A DNA stretch of 64,000 nucleotides from an uncultured cyanobacterium (GTDB lineage Bacteria > Cyanobacteriota > Cyanobacteriia > Cyanobacteriales > Nostocaceae). Both the position numbers and the translations under genes were made by a program. The stretch spans positions 1,536,001 to 1,600,000 of the forward strand of contig CAVUDP010000002.1 in NCBI GenBank assembly GCA_963740315.1, written 5' to 3'. The notes below the pieces were generated by a model, which searched no databases, was not told the origin of the DNA, and saw only the letters and a list, made by a program, of their open reading frames with translations. Numbering within the stretch: the first letter of the stretch is position 1; the number at the start of each line of letters is the position of its first letter. Positions 40,686 through 51,166 of the stretch are shown here, piece after piece.

Positions 40686-41474
40686 TTAATTGGAAACTCC
40701 CGAAACTGCTCGTTTTTGCAAATCTAATTGAAAGCGATCGCCACTTTTTGGTTCGATTACTTCGGCTGATATATTGTGTTTTTGTAACAGCAAACGAAAG
40801 TCTTCAACGGTTCCTTCTGGCTTGATCAAGTTCATTAGCAATCCTTCAAAGGTAACATCACCACCTGCGGCTGTAGGTAACATTATTTGGGGTTCGAGCC
40901 ATTGAGCGAGTTCTAAAGCTTTTTCTTTACCTTTAATAATTGGTCCGATAAGAGGTAAGCCTAAATCTATCAATGGGGTGATGAGAACATCGATGGGAGC
41001 CGATTTTTTCAGTAACTCGGAATGATAACCATGAGGTTCGTAGTAGAGAGTAAAACCGCTTTCAAGCTCTTTTAGGAGATAACCGTTTTCTACTAAAGTC
41101 GGACCAATGGGAGAACCGGGAGTAGCTGTAATTTCGACATTACCATTGAGAGTGAAAGTTTCACCGTGAGCGAGTGAGTTCACCTTTTGGTAATTCAATT
41201 CATTAACAACTTTAGCAGCATTTTCTGAAGCGACAACCGGAATATTGCGATCGAGTTGCTGAAGCGTCGGCGGATGAGCGTGATCTTCCAAACCCTGAGA
41301 TAGTAAAATCAGGTCAATTTTTTCCGGTATGGCGCGTTCTTGAGGACGAGAACCTTTAAATAGCCAATCTAAATTAGCGAAAGTTAGGGAACCAACTAGC
41401 CAAGGATCAATCAGTATATTTTGACCCCCTATTTCAAGTAACCAACTGTTGCTGTCTAAATAAGTTAAGTACAT
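40686..41474 (-). CDS. MBL-fold metallohydrolase
   Basis: ILIDPWLVG, LLSQGLEDHAH, ENGY, YYEPHG. Confidence 0.88.
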   Translation of the reverse strand: MYLTYLDSNSWLLEIGGQNILIDPWLVGSLTFANLDWLFKGSRPQERAIPEKIDLILLSQGLEDHAHPPTLQQLDRNIPVVASENAAKVVNELNYQKVNSLAHGETFTLNGNVEITATPGSPIGPTLVENGYLLKELESGFTLYYEPHGYHSELLKKSAPIDVLITPLIDLGLPLIGPIIKGKEKALELAQWLEPQIMLPTAAGGDVTFEGLLMNLIKPEGTVEDFRLLLQKHNISAEVIEPKSGDRFQLDLQKRAVSGVSN

Positions 41475-41531
41475 AGCTTTGTGAGAGTGAGTCTTTGTTA
41501 ATTATGAAGTATATTTGCTCTTTGGATAGAA

Positions 41532-41660
41532 GGGGATGGGGAGACAAGGAGACAAGGAGACAAGGAGACAAGGAGATGGGGAGATGGGGAGATGGGGAGA
41601 TGGGGAGACAACTAGTAATCTAATTCTTAACTCCTAACTCCTAACTCTTAACCTTTGACC
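41532..41660. repeat. (GGAGACAA)n/(GGGGAGAT)n followed by (TAACTCC)n
   Basis: Read directly from the sequence. Confidence 0.9.
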
Positions 41661-41710
41661 TATTTTATTTTTCCTGGTATATCAATCAGTTAGCGGTAGA
41701 TTTTTTTCTT

Positions 41711-43036
41711 ATGTTTATTCCAAAAATGCGTTTTGTATTAGGTTTGGCTAGTTTTTTATTGGCTGGGAGTGTGAGTAGCTATGCTTATGGTTATTCAGAT
41801 CGGTGGTTAACTCCAAATAATAATTCTCTACAAAATATCAACAATACATCTTTGAATCGGCAGAATATTTCGACCGTACCCCAACAGCATTTAACAAATT
41901 CAAGTCTAAAACTAACTTCTAGTTTTTCGCTTCCACCCGATCCAGCATCACCAACTAGGTTAACAAATAATCTATATCAACCTCAGCTACTAGCGCAGGC
42001 TTACAAAGTTATTGACGAATTAAAAAAATATCAATATAGCATTAATGGCAATAAGCTTTTTAGTCCTGCCAAATTACCCAGCAGTAATAAAGTTAGTTTC
42101 AATCAATCGGATTTATTATCGACTTTAATCAATACGAGACAATATTATCAAGATCATGCTAATGATGACCCTAATATTTTACGTCCGGGGGTGCTTGGTA
42201 CTCAAGGAGTATCTGTAGAAGATATCACAAAAACTCTTGATTTTATGATTGCTGTATTGCAAGAAGATATTGCCAATAATCGTCCGACTCGTTTACAAGA
42301 CCCCAATTTTATCAACTCTAATTTTCGAGTTATTAGATGGTCTGCTTATAATCCCAAACAACCCCAACGCAAAAATTTACGAATTACTAAATACGCTGTC
42401 TTTGTTCATCCTGGTTCTCGTAAGAAAACTGCTAAATTCAATATTCCTCTCTACAGCCTCAAAGATAACGGCAGTACGGATAAATTCTACACTAAATACA
42501 CTAAACAAGATGTATTATCGGGTATTTACGAACCTGGTGGAAAAGAATTTGGTAAAGTTAAACCTATCGTTTATATGTCAAGAGAAGGTTTAGAAGAAGC
42601 TTTGATGGAAGGAACAATACTGGTTGATTTGGGTGGCGGTTCTTCTGCTTACTTTAACGTTGATAGAAGTAATGAAATACCTTATGTCAGAGGAAAAAAT
42701 CGACGTTTGCAAAAGCGTTATTGGTATTTTAGAGAAGTTAAGGATATTAAAGGATATGGCTATAAAATAGATGAAAAAATATCTATTAAGTCAGGAGTCA
42801 CTTTTGCTGGCGATGTACTGAATGTTGGTTTGGGTAGAATGATAGTTATCGAGTATATGAAAAATGGTCGCAGACACTTGAGAATGGGAGTTGTTGCAGA
42901 TACTGGTGGTGCGTTTTTACCTAACTTTCATCAACTTGATTTTTTGGCGGGTATTTTCAAAAGTAAAAATAGTTTTAACCGATATATTAAGCAATTACCA
43001 ACCTACGCGAAAGCATATATTTTGATCAAAAAATAA
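41711..43036 (+). CDS. Secreted hypothetical protein with MltA/3D-like C-terminus
   Basis: Signal peptide; FAGD, VADTGGAF, QLDFLAG. Confidence 0.7.
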   Translation: MFIPKMRFVLGLASFLLAGSVSSYAYGYSDRWLTPNNNSLQNINNTSLNRQNISTVPQQHLTNSSLKLTSSFSLPPDPASPTRLTNNLYQPQLLAQAYKVIDELKKYQYSINGNKLFSPAKLPSSNKVSFNQSDLLSTLINTRQYYQDHANDDPNILRPGVLGTQGVSVEDITKTLDFMIAVLQEDIANNRPTRLQDPNFINSNFRVIRWSAYNPKQPQRKNLRITKYAVFVHPGSRKKTAKFNIPLYSLKDNGSTDKFYTKYTKQDVLSGIYEPGGKEFGKVKPIVYMSREGLEEALMEGTILVDLGGGSSAYFNVDRSNEIPYVRGKNRRLQKRYWYFREVKDIKGYGYKIDEKISIKSGVTFAGDVLNVGLGRMIVIEYMKNGRRHLRMGVVADTGGAFLPNFHQLDFLAGIFKSKNSFNRYIKQLPTYAKAYILIKK

Positions 43037-43051
43037 AGTACTTATTGCCTA

Positions 43052-43285
43052 CTAAATGCCTATTTGCGCTTGTGTATTCGTAAATAGGCGCATCAGAGTT
43101 TGAGGTAGGTTGGTAATTTCTCGAATTAAGTCTTCAAAGGAAACACCAAAAAATCCGAGAATAACGACGATGATGAAAACAGCAACTGCGGTACTAATAG
43201 TAGTTTTTAGTACTTTTAATAAAGCTTGAAAAACTATCCAACCTACAATCAGTGCAGCAATTAAAACAATTAATTCAGTTGGCAC
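43052..43285 (-). CDS. Small two-TM membrane protein
   Basis: GTG start giving MPTELIVLIAALIVGW…; two hydrophobic helices. Confidence 0.75.
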   Translation of the reverse strand: MPTELIVLIAALIVGWIVFQALLKVLKTTISTAVAVFIIVVILGFFGVSFEDLIREITNLPQTLMRLFTNTQAQIGI

Positions 43286-43520
43286 GATCGATAAATTACC
43301 TAATTTGAAATAAATAGAGCTTGGGCTTTGATTCTTCGAGTTCAATAACAGCCAGTGGAGGGAACCCCCAACATTGCGCTGTTTCACTATTTTTTCAGAG
43401 TGCAAACTTTAGGACAAGTAAATTAGAATACTCTCTTATTGATTATACGGTTGTGCGATTTGCTGATGGGGGGAACCCCTCGCGATCGCTTACCATTTAG
43501 AGACTACAACTTCATATCGG

Positions 43521-44234
43521 CTAATTCAGGATATCTTGCAATTTCACTACCATTTCGGTACGCGAGGAAACTTCTAATTTACGAAACATTCGCTTTAAAG
43601 CTTGTTTGACTGAGTTTTGCGTAATCCAAAGTTCTGCACCAACTTGTTTATTAGTTAAACCCCGTGCGACAAGTTGTACTATTTGGATTTCGCGGGGTGT
43701 GAGACGATCGCTTAAAGTTGAGTTAAATATATGTTGAGTTTGTAGCGCTGCGATGCAGGCTGAGATATGAATGCAAACACCGCTTAAATCGGCAATATTT
43801 TGATAATTAAATGTAGTAGTTTCACCTACACGTGCAAAATGAATCGCACCAATAAGCTTTCCTTTACCAACTATAGGTCCCGTCATGATATGTTCGTGGT
43901 CGTAATAGGCACAGCAATTTTTATATAATTCGCATTGCTTCCAACCACCGTGAGGTAAGACCATTTCTTCATGGGCTGGTGCATGATGTTCGGTAACATA
44001 ACGCAGCACCGGGTCAAGATTACGACCAACTCTTGCGTAAAGTTCGATAAAGCGATCGACATTAGGTACACCCTGAACTTCAACCGAGCTATAGGAAGAA
44101 TTTTCATTAAACATATAAATTCCCCAACGCTGTACGCCGAAATGCTCGCCAACCATATCCATAAAGCGCATTCGCAACTGATGTTCGTTTTTTGCTGTGG
44201 CTATAGCCTGAAATAGATTGTGTAGATTAGCCAT
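43521..44234 (-). CDS. LuxR-family regulator with GAF-like sensor domain
   Basis: C-terminal LTPREIQIVQLVARGLTNKQVG..L.I…VK..LKRMFRKL.V.SR. Confidence 0.93.
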   Translation of the reverse strand: MANLHNLFQAIATAKNEHQLRMRFMDMVGEHFGVQRWGIYMFNENSSYSSVEVQGVPNVDRFIELYARVGRNLDPVLRYVTEHHAPAHEEMVLPHGGWKQCELYKNCCAYYDHEHIMTGPIVGKGKLIGAIHFARVGETTTFNYQNIADLSGVCIHISACIAALQTQHIFNSTLSDRLTPREIQIVQLVARGLTNKQVGAELWITQNSVKQALKRMFRKLEVSSRTEMVVKLQDILN

Positions 44235-44246
44235 TTTAATTAAAGT

Positions 44247-44262
44247 GTACCCAGTTGAGGAC
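44247..44262. promoter_or_regulatory. Imperfect palindrome GTACCC-AGTT-GAGGAC, candidate LuxR operator
   Basis: The only GC-rich dyad in the 84-bp divergent intergenic region. Confidence 0.45.
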
Positions 44263-44318
44263 TATGCAAATTTTGAAGTCATTTTTAGCATAGTAAATAA
44301 CATTTAGAAAAAAGAAAA

Positions 44319-45020
44319 ATGACTAATCAGCCTAAATATCACATCGGTTTAGTTATTTACCCTGGTATGACTCAGCTTGATATAACCGCACCCCATCAAG
44401 TATTTTCCTTGATTCCCAACGCTTGCGTGTATCTGTTGTGGAAGAATTTGCAACCCGTAACCAGCAATGAAGGGTTAACTATTTTACCAACGACGATTTT
44501 TAATCAATGTCCGCAATTAGATGTTATTTGCGTTCCCGGTGGTGCGATGGGATTTGTGCAGACAATGGCTGATTCGGAGGTACTGGAATTTCTGCAACAG
44601 CAATCTAAAACGGCAAAATATATAACTTCTGTATGCACTGGTTCTTTAATTCTTGCTGCTGCTGGTTTGTTACAAGGTTATCGCGCTGGTTGTCATTGGC
44701 TGTTTCGCGAACATTTGGCAATGCACTCAGTTGAAGTTGCAACAGAAAGGGTGGTAATAGATCGAAACAGAATTACAGGTGGTGGTGTAACCGCTGGTAT
44801 TGATTTTGGGTTAGTGGTTGTCAGTCAGCTTTGCGGCGAGGAAACTGCAAAAATGATTCAGCTTTTGCTGGAATATAACCCCGCACCGCCGTTTAATACA
44901 GGTTCCCCCGAAAATGCTGGAGAAGTTTTGGTCGAACAAGTGAAGAAAATTGGGCATCCTTTACTTGAAGCAACTTTGGCTCAGACAAAAATTACAGCAG
45001 CTCTCTTTTTAGAGACGTAA
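44319..45020 (+). CDS. DJ-1/PfpI family protein (isonitrile hydratase-like)
   Basis: TQLD, VPGG, TSVCTGS, TGGGVTAGIDF, EYNPAPPF. Confidence 0.92.
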   Translation: MTNQPKYHIGLVIYPGMTQLDITAPHQVFSLIPNACVYLLWKNLQPVTSNEGLTILPTTIFNQCPQLDVICVPGGAMGFVQTMADSEVLEFLQQQSKTAKYITSVCTGSLILAAAGLLQGYRAGCHWLFREHLAMHSVEVATERVVIDRNRITGGGVTAGIDFGLVVVSQLCGEETAKMIQLLLEYNPAPPFNTGSPENAGEVLVEQVKKIGHPLLEATLAQTKITAALFLET

Positions 45021-45090
45021 CACTGCGGAATCCCTATATTTTTGTTTGTATCAAAATTTTACTGAAATTCAGCGAAATAGTACCGCACAA

Positions 45091-45561
45091 TCAAGCACTT
45101 TCAAGTCTGGCGAAACCAAAGGTAACGTTAAATTGCTCGCACCAAATAGCTACGGATTTGAAGTCATCAAGATTAATACTTTCAGGGATTGCATATCTTT
45201 GGGCATCAGTGAAGCTTTTTAAAGGTGCTAGTGTCACATAATCTTTCTCTTGGAGGTTGACAGGTACGCTTCCATTACGATGCAATACGACTCTTACCAA
45301 TGGTCCTCTTGCTGTATCGAAGTCTTTGCCAAATTCTAAATAGCGTTTGCCGCCAGTATTAATAATCTTTACTGTACCAGTGGTAGGGTGTTCTTGTTCT
45401 GTAGTGACGAAGCTACCTGAAGCGACAACAGATTGAGTTACGAGTCGTGTATTTTGTGAAGGTTTGGCTACTGCAACATAAGAATTAATTAAAGAGTAGC
45501 GAACACCAGCAAAAAACAAAGCAGATGCAAGTCCAAAGCTAGCTAATTTGTTGAGTTTCAT
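45091..45561 (-). CDS. DM13-domain secreted protein
   Basis: G.F…H.TTG, GP, YAIP..INL..FKSVAIWCEQFNVTFG.A. Confidence 0.9.
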   Translation of the reverse strand: MKLNKLASFGLASALFFAGVRYSLINSYVAVAKPSQNTRLVTQSVVASGSFVTTEQEHPTTGTVKIINTGGKRYLEFGKDFDTARGPLVRVVLHRNGSVPVNLQEKDYVTLAPLKSFTDAQRYAIPESINLDDFKSVAIWCEQFNVTFGFARLESA

Positions 45562-45850
45562 AATCTTGTCGCTCCTTGCTGAAATTTTGTTTTTTGTGTG
45601 ATTTCCTTTGATTACTAATATGAAGCAGGAGTCTGAGAAGCTGGTGATGAACAGTTGAAGATTGCTTAAGATTAATATGAGAAAACTGAAAAACCCGGTT
45701 TTTTTTTAAAACCGGGTTTCTAGATTTATGAATTATTCAATTGTCTTTCCCCCATTAAAAAAACCCAAGCAGTCTTGCCTGAGCCATGAACGAATCAAAA
45801 TTTATTGACCAAACTAAAAGACTAAACTATTTAAGTTAAACCAATTAAGC

Positions 45851-46150
45851 TTAGTAGCGGTTGCGGAAATTGTTATTTCTCCGATTACCACCAAAGGAGT
45901 TTCTCTCCTCTCTGGGTCTTGCCTTATTTACTTTAAGGTCGCGTCCCATCCATTCAGCGCCATCGAGAGCTTCAATAGCTGCTGCTTCTTCATCTTCTGA
46001 ACCCATCTCAACGAAACCAAAACCGCGTACTCTACCTGTTTCGCGGTCGGTAGGAATTTGAACTCGTCTTACAGTGCCATATTCTGCAAAAACGGCGTTC
46101 AAGTTTTCCTCTGTAACGTCGTAAGAAAGGTTGCCTACGTAAATTGACAT
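45851..46150 (-). CDS. Cyanobacterial RRM RNA-binding protein (Rbp family)
   Basis: IYVGNLS (RNP2), RGFGFVEM (RNP1). Confidence 0.96.
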   Translation of the reverse strand: MSIYVGNLSYDVTEENLNAVFAEYGTVRRVQIPTDRETGRVRGFGFVEMGSEDEEAAAIEALDGAEWMGRDLKVNKARPREERNSFGGNRRNNNFRNRY

Positions 46151-46156
46151 GGATCG

Positions 46157-46197
46157 TCTCCGAAATCATGAGTGTGTAGAGATTTACATTTCGGAGA
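46157..46197 (-). promoter_or_regulatory. 5'-UTR stem sequestering the rbp RBS (TCTCCGAAAT…ATTTCGGAGA)
   Basis: Perfect 10-bp inverted repeat; the 3' arm contains GGAG just upstream of the ATG. Confidence 0.75.
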
Positions 46198-46689
46198 TAA
46201 GTCTGTGAATACTAAAAACAAACGCTGTCTACCGAATTCTATTCTCCTCGGTAAGTATAACATACAGAAGTAGTAATGGGGAGATATTAATTTCTAGTTT
46301 GTTAATTAGTAATCCAATTTATTTATAAGAGGATAGGTCGATGGCTTCTACTTCTATATAATCCCCATTTTTTATTTATTCGATCTAGCAACCTAGATAT
46401 ATTACTAGTATTTAAAAATATCAGTATTCTTCGAGTTTTCTGGTATCATTTGTTATCTATTTTTTTTCAATTAACTATTGACTTTTAACTTACCGGAATG
46501 CATCACGAGCAAGCCCGCTTGTTGCACCCGGTTTCTAAAAGTAAGAATAATTCGTTACGAGACGAAAATATTCCGGGAATAGGGATAGTGGTGCATTCAG
46601 CTAAAGCTCGAATTATTGCTTTGTTAAAACTTGTTAAGATCGACAGCAATTATAAAAGCGCTTTGCATTAGAAAACCTTATTTTTATAA

Positions 46690-47550
46690 TTAAATAACCA
46701 AATAGTTATATTTTAAACACCCTTGTAAATGTCCTCCCAGCCAAGCAGCATCTAACAACCATCTCACTAAGCTTTCTTTATCGCGGACTTTAATCAAAAA
46801 TTTCAAAGGAAGAATTACAGCATCCTTAGAAAAATTCCGCCATTTAATTAATTTAGGCATTCCCATTTGTTGATGTTTTTGATGTAGCAAAATATCGTAA
46901 CAAGCTAATCTCCAACAACGACGGTACATAGCTTTAATAGTGTCGCGAAACCGAAAATAAATTACTGCATCTGATGCGGATTCAAGTTTTATACCCGTTT
47001 TTTGTATTCTCCAGCAGTAATCTATATCTTGAAGTAACAGCATCGTTTCGTCGAAACCACCTACTGCATTATGAACCGAACGTTTAACACCAAGATTGTT
47101 GCCCCCCGCATATGGAAAATATATGTAATCTTTGATTCCGTTAGCTTCTCTTAATCCGCAGCACTTGACTACCCAGGGTTCGTTTAGTTTTGCATAATCG
47201 CTACAACCAGCTACAAAGTCATGCTTGGAAAGTGCTTCGATCATTGCTGCTACCCACACAGAAGTAACTTCATCATCAGCATCGCAAAATGCTAAATTCT
47301 CTGATATAGCTATACTCGCGCCGACATTGCGAGCATGGGCTGAACCTTTAGTAGCTGATGCATCAGCTATACGTATATTAGGTAGATTCTGCTGATATTG
47401 TTTAACAATCTCTAAAGTTTCATCTGTTGAACCGTTGTCAGCAATAATAATTTCCCAAGGTTCGGAGCATTGCTGCTTGGTGAAAGCCTCTAATTGAGCC
47501 GCAATAGTATTAGCTGCGTTAAAACATGGAATGACAACACTTAACTTCAT
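46690..47550 (-). CDS. GT2-family glycosyltransferase
   Basis: SVVIPCFN, ADNGSTD, ARNVG, FCDADD, GGFDE, QDID. Confidence 0.93.
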   Translation of the reverse strand: MKLSVVIPCFNAANTIAAQLEAFTKQQCSEPWEIIIADNGSTDETLEIVKQYQQNLPNIRIADASATKGSAHARNVGASIAISENLAFCDADDEVTSVWVAAMIEALSKHDFVAGCSDYAKLNEPWVVKCCGLREANGIKDYIYFPYAGGNNLGVKRSVHNAVGGFDETMLLLQDIDYCWRIQKTGIKLESASDAVIYFRFRDTIKAMYRRCWRLACYDILLHQKHQQMGMPKLIKWRNFSKDAVILPLKFLIKVRDKESLVRWLLDAAWLGGHLQGCLKYNYLVI

Positions 47551-47853
47551 AAAAACCTAGTTTCTTGTTAATTAATTTGATTGCGTATATCTAGCGTAAT
47601 AGTAAAAATACAGTTTGTTTTTTGACGTTTTTATCTGTAAAAAACAACACTAGAAATTAAAAATCATTCACACAAATAAACAATAGTTTATTATTTACTT
47701 TATAACTTACTATCAAAAGCTGTTAATTACCTTGAATTAATGGTGAATTTTCTGTAAAGATAGTTAAATATAAATATAAAAAAATAAGTTCTTTTACCCA
47801 AACGATCGCGCGATCGCAGGTTCGGGAACTTGTTTATAAAAACACAGGGTCTT

Positions 47854-48516
47854 ATGAAAGATAATCAGTTTAGTGATACATCCGATGTAAGTGTTGCCGA
47901 AAGTAACTCGCTAACGCCAGAACAGTATCGTAAAAAAATGCAGCGACGTAAAGAAGTGCAAGACCAAAGAATAGCAGACGCTTCTCTCGAAAAAGGTTTA
48001 ATTATTGTCAATACTGGTAATGGTAAGGGAAAAACGACAGCATCTTTAGGAATGGTGCTGCGTTCTCTCGGACATGGCTATAAAGTGGCAATAATTCAGT
48101 TTATCAAAGGTGCTTGGGAACCTTCGGAAAAAAAAGCATTTAGTGTTTGGAAAGAAAACGGACAGTTAGAATTTCATGCGATGGGTGAAGGATTTACTTG
48201 GGAAACCCAAGATCGCGATCGCGATATTGAAAAAGCTCAAGCAGCTTGGGATAAAGGATTAGAATATATCCGCAATGAAGAGTATAAGGTAGTACTTTTA
48301 GATGAAATAAATATAGCTATTAAAGTAGGCTATTTAAGAGTTGAGGAGGTATTAGCTGGATTGGAAGAAAAACCTGAAAGAAATCATGTAATACTAACAG
48401 GTAGAGGCGCATCTCAATCGTTGATCGAACGAGCCGATTTAGTTACCGAAATGAACTTAATTAAACACCCTTTCCGCGATCAAGCTGTCAAAGCACAGCC
48501 CGGAATTGAGTATTAA
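47854..48516 (+). CDS. cobO: Cob(I)yrinic acid a,c-diamide adenosyltransferase
   Basis: NTGNGKGKTT, QFIKG, GEGFTW, LDEIN, LTGR, ADLVTEM..KHPF, AQPGIEY. Confidence 0.95.
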   Translation: MKDNQFSDTSDVSVAESNSLTPEQYRKKMQRRKEVQDQRIADASLEKGLIIVNTGNGKGKTTASLGMVLRSLGHGYKVAIIQFIKGAWEPSEKKAFSVWKENGQLEFHAMGEGFTWETQDRDRDIEKAQAAWDKGLEYIRNEEYKVVLLDEINIAIKVGYLRVEEVLAGLEEKPERNHVILTGRGASQSLIERADLVTEMNLIKHPFRDQAVKAQPGIEY

Positions 48517-48555
48517 GATTGGTTAGTTGTTAGTTTTAACTAACAACTAACAAGT

Positions 48556-49356
48556 TTATTGAAAATTAGCTTTACAGGCTTTTAAAATATCTCGGTCATT
48601 ATTCCCAACGGTATCAAGCTGATAATAATCTTGTAATGTAACCGAATAAGCATAGTTTGATAACTCATTACGACCGACAGACGGCAAACTATTCCTCGAA
48701 GCTACTTGAGTTGGGTGAATATCTCCAGCATAACCTTTAACAGTCATCGCTATTTCACCTGAATTATCTAAAGTTCCTTGGAAGCAATTAAACTCCGAAG
48801 AAGGCATATACATTGCACCTACAACCTTACCGCCAAGTTTTTCAAAGACAATATACCCTTTACCAAATTGTCCCGGTTGCTGCGAACTTCCATAAAGAAA
48901 TACACCATTTTCATTCGGAAAATTTGTTTGAGGTATCGCTGCTTTAATAGATGCTTTATCCTCAGAAATTCTTGCTATCGGACTATTTACACTTTCCAAT
49001 TCTTGTGTAACATCTTCAGAACTAGAAGTATTTCGCTGTATCCAAGTATAAGTTTCGCCAGGAGATACCCTAACTACAGGTTGTGATTCGGGAGACGAAC
49101 TATCTAGCACCTTTCGCAACCGCGCTGACTTTGAAATCGATTCGGAAGTAACTCCGGTATTTTCATCTTCCATCCAAATATGGACGGGCGTTTGTTCTTC
49201 CACACTTTCTGATGGAGATGTTGTTTGCAGTCGAGCAATTTGTTCGGATAATACTGGCTGAGCGCGTTGACTTATTGCACCAATAGCTATAACTATGCCT
49301 AACAAAGGAACTGCAAAACGACGGGGTGGAATAAATTTATTGATACGTTTAAGCAC
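48556..49356 (-). CDS. Conserved cyanobacterial exported hypothetical protein
   Basis: N-terminal hydrophobic segment; GVFLYG, YIVFE, GAMYMPSSEFNCFQG; GAGGAG RBS before the GTG. Confidence 0.78.
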   Translation of the reverse strand: MLKRINKFIPPRRFAVPLLGIVIAIGAISQRAQPVLSEQIARLQTTSPSESVEEQTPVHIWMEDENTGVTSESISKSARLRKVLDSSSPESQPVVRVSPGETYTWIQRNTSSSEDVTQELESVNSPIARISEDKASIKAAIPQTNFPNENGVFLYGSSQQPGQFGKGYIVFEKLGGKVVGAMYMPSSEFNCFQGTLDNSGEIAMTVKGYAGDIHPTQVASRNSLPSVGRNELSNYAYSVTLQDYYQLDTVGNNDRDILKACKANFQ

Positions 49357-50117
49357 CCGATTTCTCCTCTAAATGAATGTTTATCCGCGTGATGTCTAAA
49401 ATCAAACTACGTGTTTTGTTTGAGTAGTGCTATTAAAACTTTAATTTATATTGTCCGGTTAAAAAAACCGTAAGTTCTTAAAATTTCTGTTTAATTTCTC
49501 AATGTTGACTTTATACTACCATTGCTATAAGTGTTCGTATTCTTCCTTATGGTTGACTTAAAAGGATGAATTAGAAAAACAACATATCCTCAAAAATAGA
49601 TACATAAATTTAAACTTTTTAACCTTTGTCATCTTTCTATTGACATATCTTAATTTGCAAAAAGTTATAACACAGACTTCGGAGTTACAGAACAGAACCC
49701 AGTTTACACAAGACTTTCAAGGCTTATAAACATTGACAAACAGCATTTTGATTATTTATAAAAATTTATAATTAATTGTTTATCTCTGAAAATATGAAAT
49801 AGATAAATTTGCTAATTGTTTTGGCGAGGCACTTGAAGAGAAACCAATTATTAACAGATTATTTATGGATTTTTACATAAATTTTGATAACTACATCAAA
49901 TCATCATGCTATATAGCAATTTTATATGTGATGAAAATTTGATGTAATGAACTACCTGTATCCGCGATCGCCCAGATACAGGTTTCCGACTCTTCGCTTG
50001 AGCAACTTGCTTGAAACTTCCGCACCAAGTAGAGGTTAACCGATCTGAGTTTTTCGATCGCACAAAGGGCACGGGTATACATTGTGGGGAGTAATCGGGC
50101 GTATCTAGAGCAATACG

Positions 50118-50145
50118 AAAAAAATCGCCCCCCTTGTGGGAGGCG
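50118..50145 (-). terminator. Intrinsic terminator of the sigma factor gene
   Basis: Minus strand CGCCTCCC-ACAA-GGGGGGCG followed by A and a T7 run. Confidence 0.7.
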
Positions 50146-50182
50146 CGTCGTAGGTAATCTATTCGATTGCGACATCTAGTTA

Positions 50183-51166
50183 TTAACTAGCGACATATTC
50201 TTTAACATTGGCACGACGGCGACGTAAATGAGCAAGTGCTTGATGCTCTAATTGACGAACCCTCTCGCGGCTAAGACTCAAACGTTCGCCGACTTTGGCT
50301 AAGGACATTTCATTGCCATCATTTAATCCAAAGCGTAAAGTCAAAACTTCCCGTTGTTGGGGGGTAAGCTCCGCTAATAAGTTGTTCAAGTCTTGACGTA
50401 AGAACTCCTGAGTTGTGTAATACTCTGGTGACGGACCGTCATCTTCGAGCATCTCTTGTAACTCAGTATCTTGATTGTCACCAACTCGTACATCCAAAGA
50501 AACTGGTTGACGAGCCATGTTCAAGTACTCGCGAATCTGTGCTGGTTCCAAATTCAACTCTTTGGCAATTTCGTTCGGAGCTGGCGATCTTCCCAACTTC
50601 TGAGCAAGTTCGCGCTGTACTTTTTTGATTTTATTCAGCTTCTCAGTAATATGAATTGGTAAGCGAATAGTTCTTCCTTGCTGTGCGATCGCACGAGTAA
50701 TCGCTTGGCGAATCCACCAGTAAGCGTATGTGGAGAACTTATAGCCGCGAGTAGGGTCAAATTTTTCTACACCCCGCTCTAATCCTAAAGCTCCTTCCTG
50801 AATTAAATCCAGAAATTCCATGTTTCGCTTCTGGTACTTTTTAGCGATCGCCACAACTAAGCGCAAGTTTGCTTCAATCATCTTCTGCTTAGCGCGTTTA
50901 CCTTCAAAAACCGTCTTTTTCAGTTCGGTTTCGGGTAAATCAACTTCAGTTATCCACTCGGATAAGCTAACTTCTCGCCCCAGCTTCTTCGCTAAAGCCT
51001 CTTTTGCTTCGACAAGCTTCATCATTTTTTGCACCTGCTTCCCGAAAATAATTTCTTGCTCGCGGGTAAGCAACGGTACTCTACCAATCTCGCGCAGATA
51101 GGTTCGCACCATATCAGCCGTAAACTTGGTATTGTTTTTCTCAGCTACAGTGTTTTCGATGGGCAT
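50183..51166 (-). CDS. Group 2 RNA polymerase sigma factor (SigB-type)
   Basis: DMVRTYLREIGRVPLL, ANLRLVV, DLIQEG, KFSTYAYWWIRQAI, SRERVRQ; lacks the long SigA N-terminus. Confidence 0.95.
   Translation of the reverse strand: MPIENTVAEKNNTKFTADMVRTYLREIGRVPLLTREQEIIFGKQVQKMMKLVEAKEALAKKLGREVSLSEWITEVDLPETELKKTVFEGKRAKQKMIEANLRLVVAIAKKYQKRNMEFLDLIQEGALGLERGVEKFDPTRGYKFSTYAYWWIRQAITRAIAQQGRTIRLPIHITEKLNKIKKVQRELAQKLGRSPAPNEIAKELNLEPAQIREYLNMARQPVSLDVRVGDNQDTELQEMLEDDGPSPEYYTTQEFLRQDLNNLLAELTPQQREVLTLRFGLNDGNEMSLAKVGERLSLSRERVRQLEHQALAHLRRRRANVKEYVAS

Noticed and set aside
47551..47853. Cobalamin riboswitch upstream of cobO
   Set aside because: The region is very AT-rich, with no B12-box or GGGAA core structure.
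49909..50175. 88-aa ORF downstream of the sigma factor
   Set aside because: Runs through the predicted terminator and has no recognisable motif.
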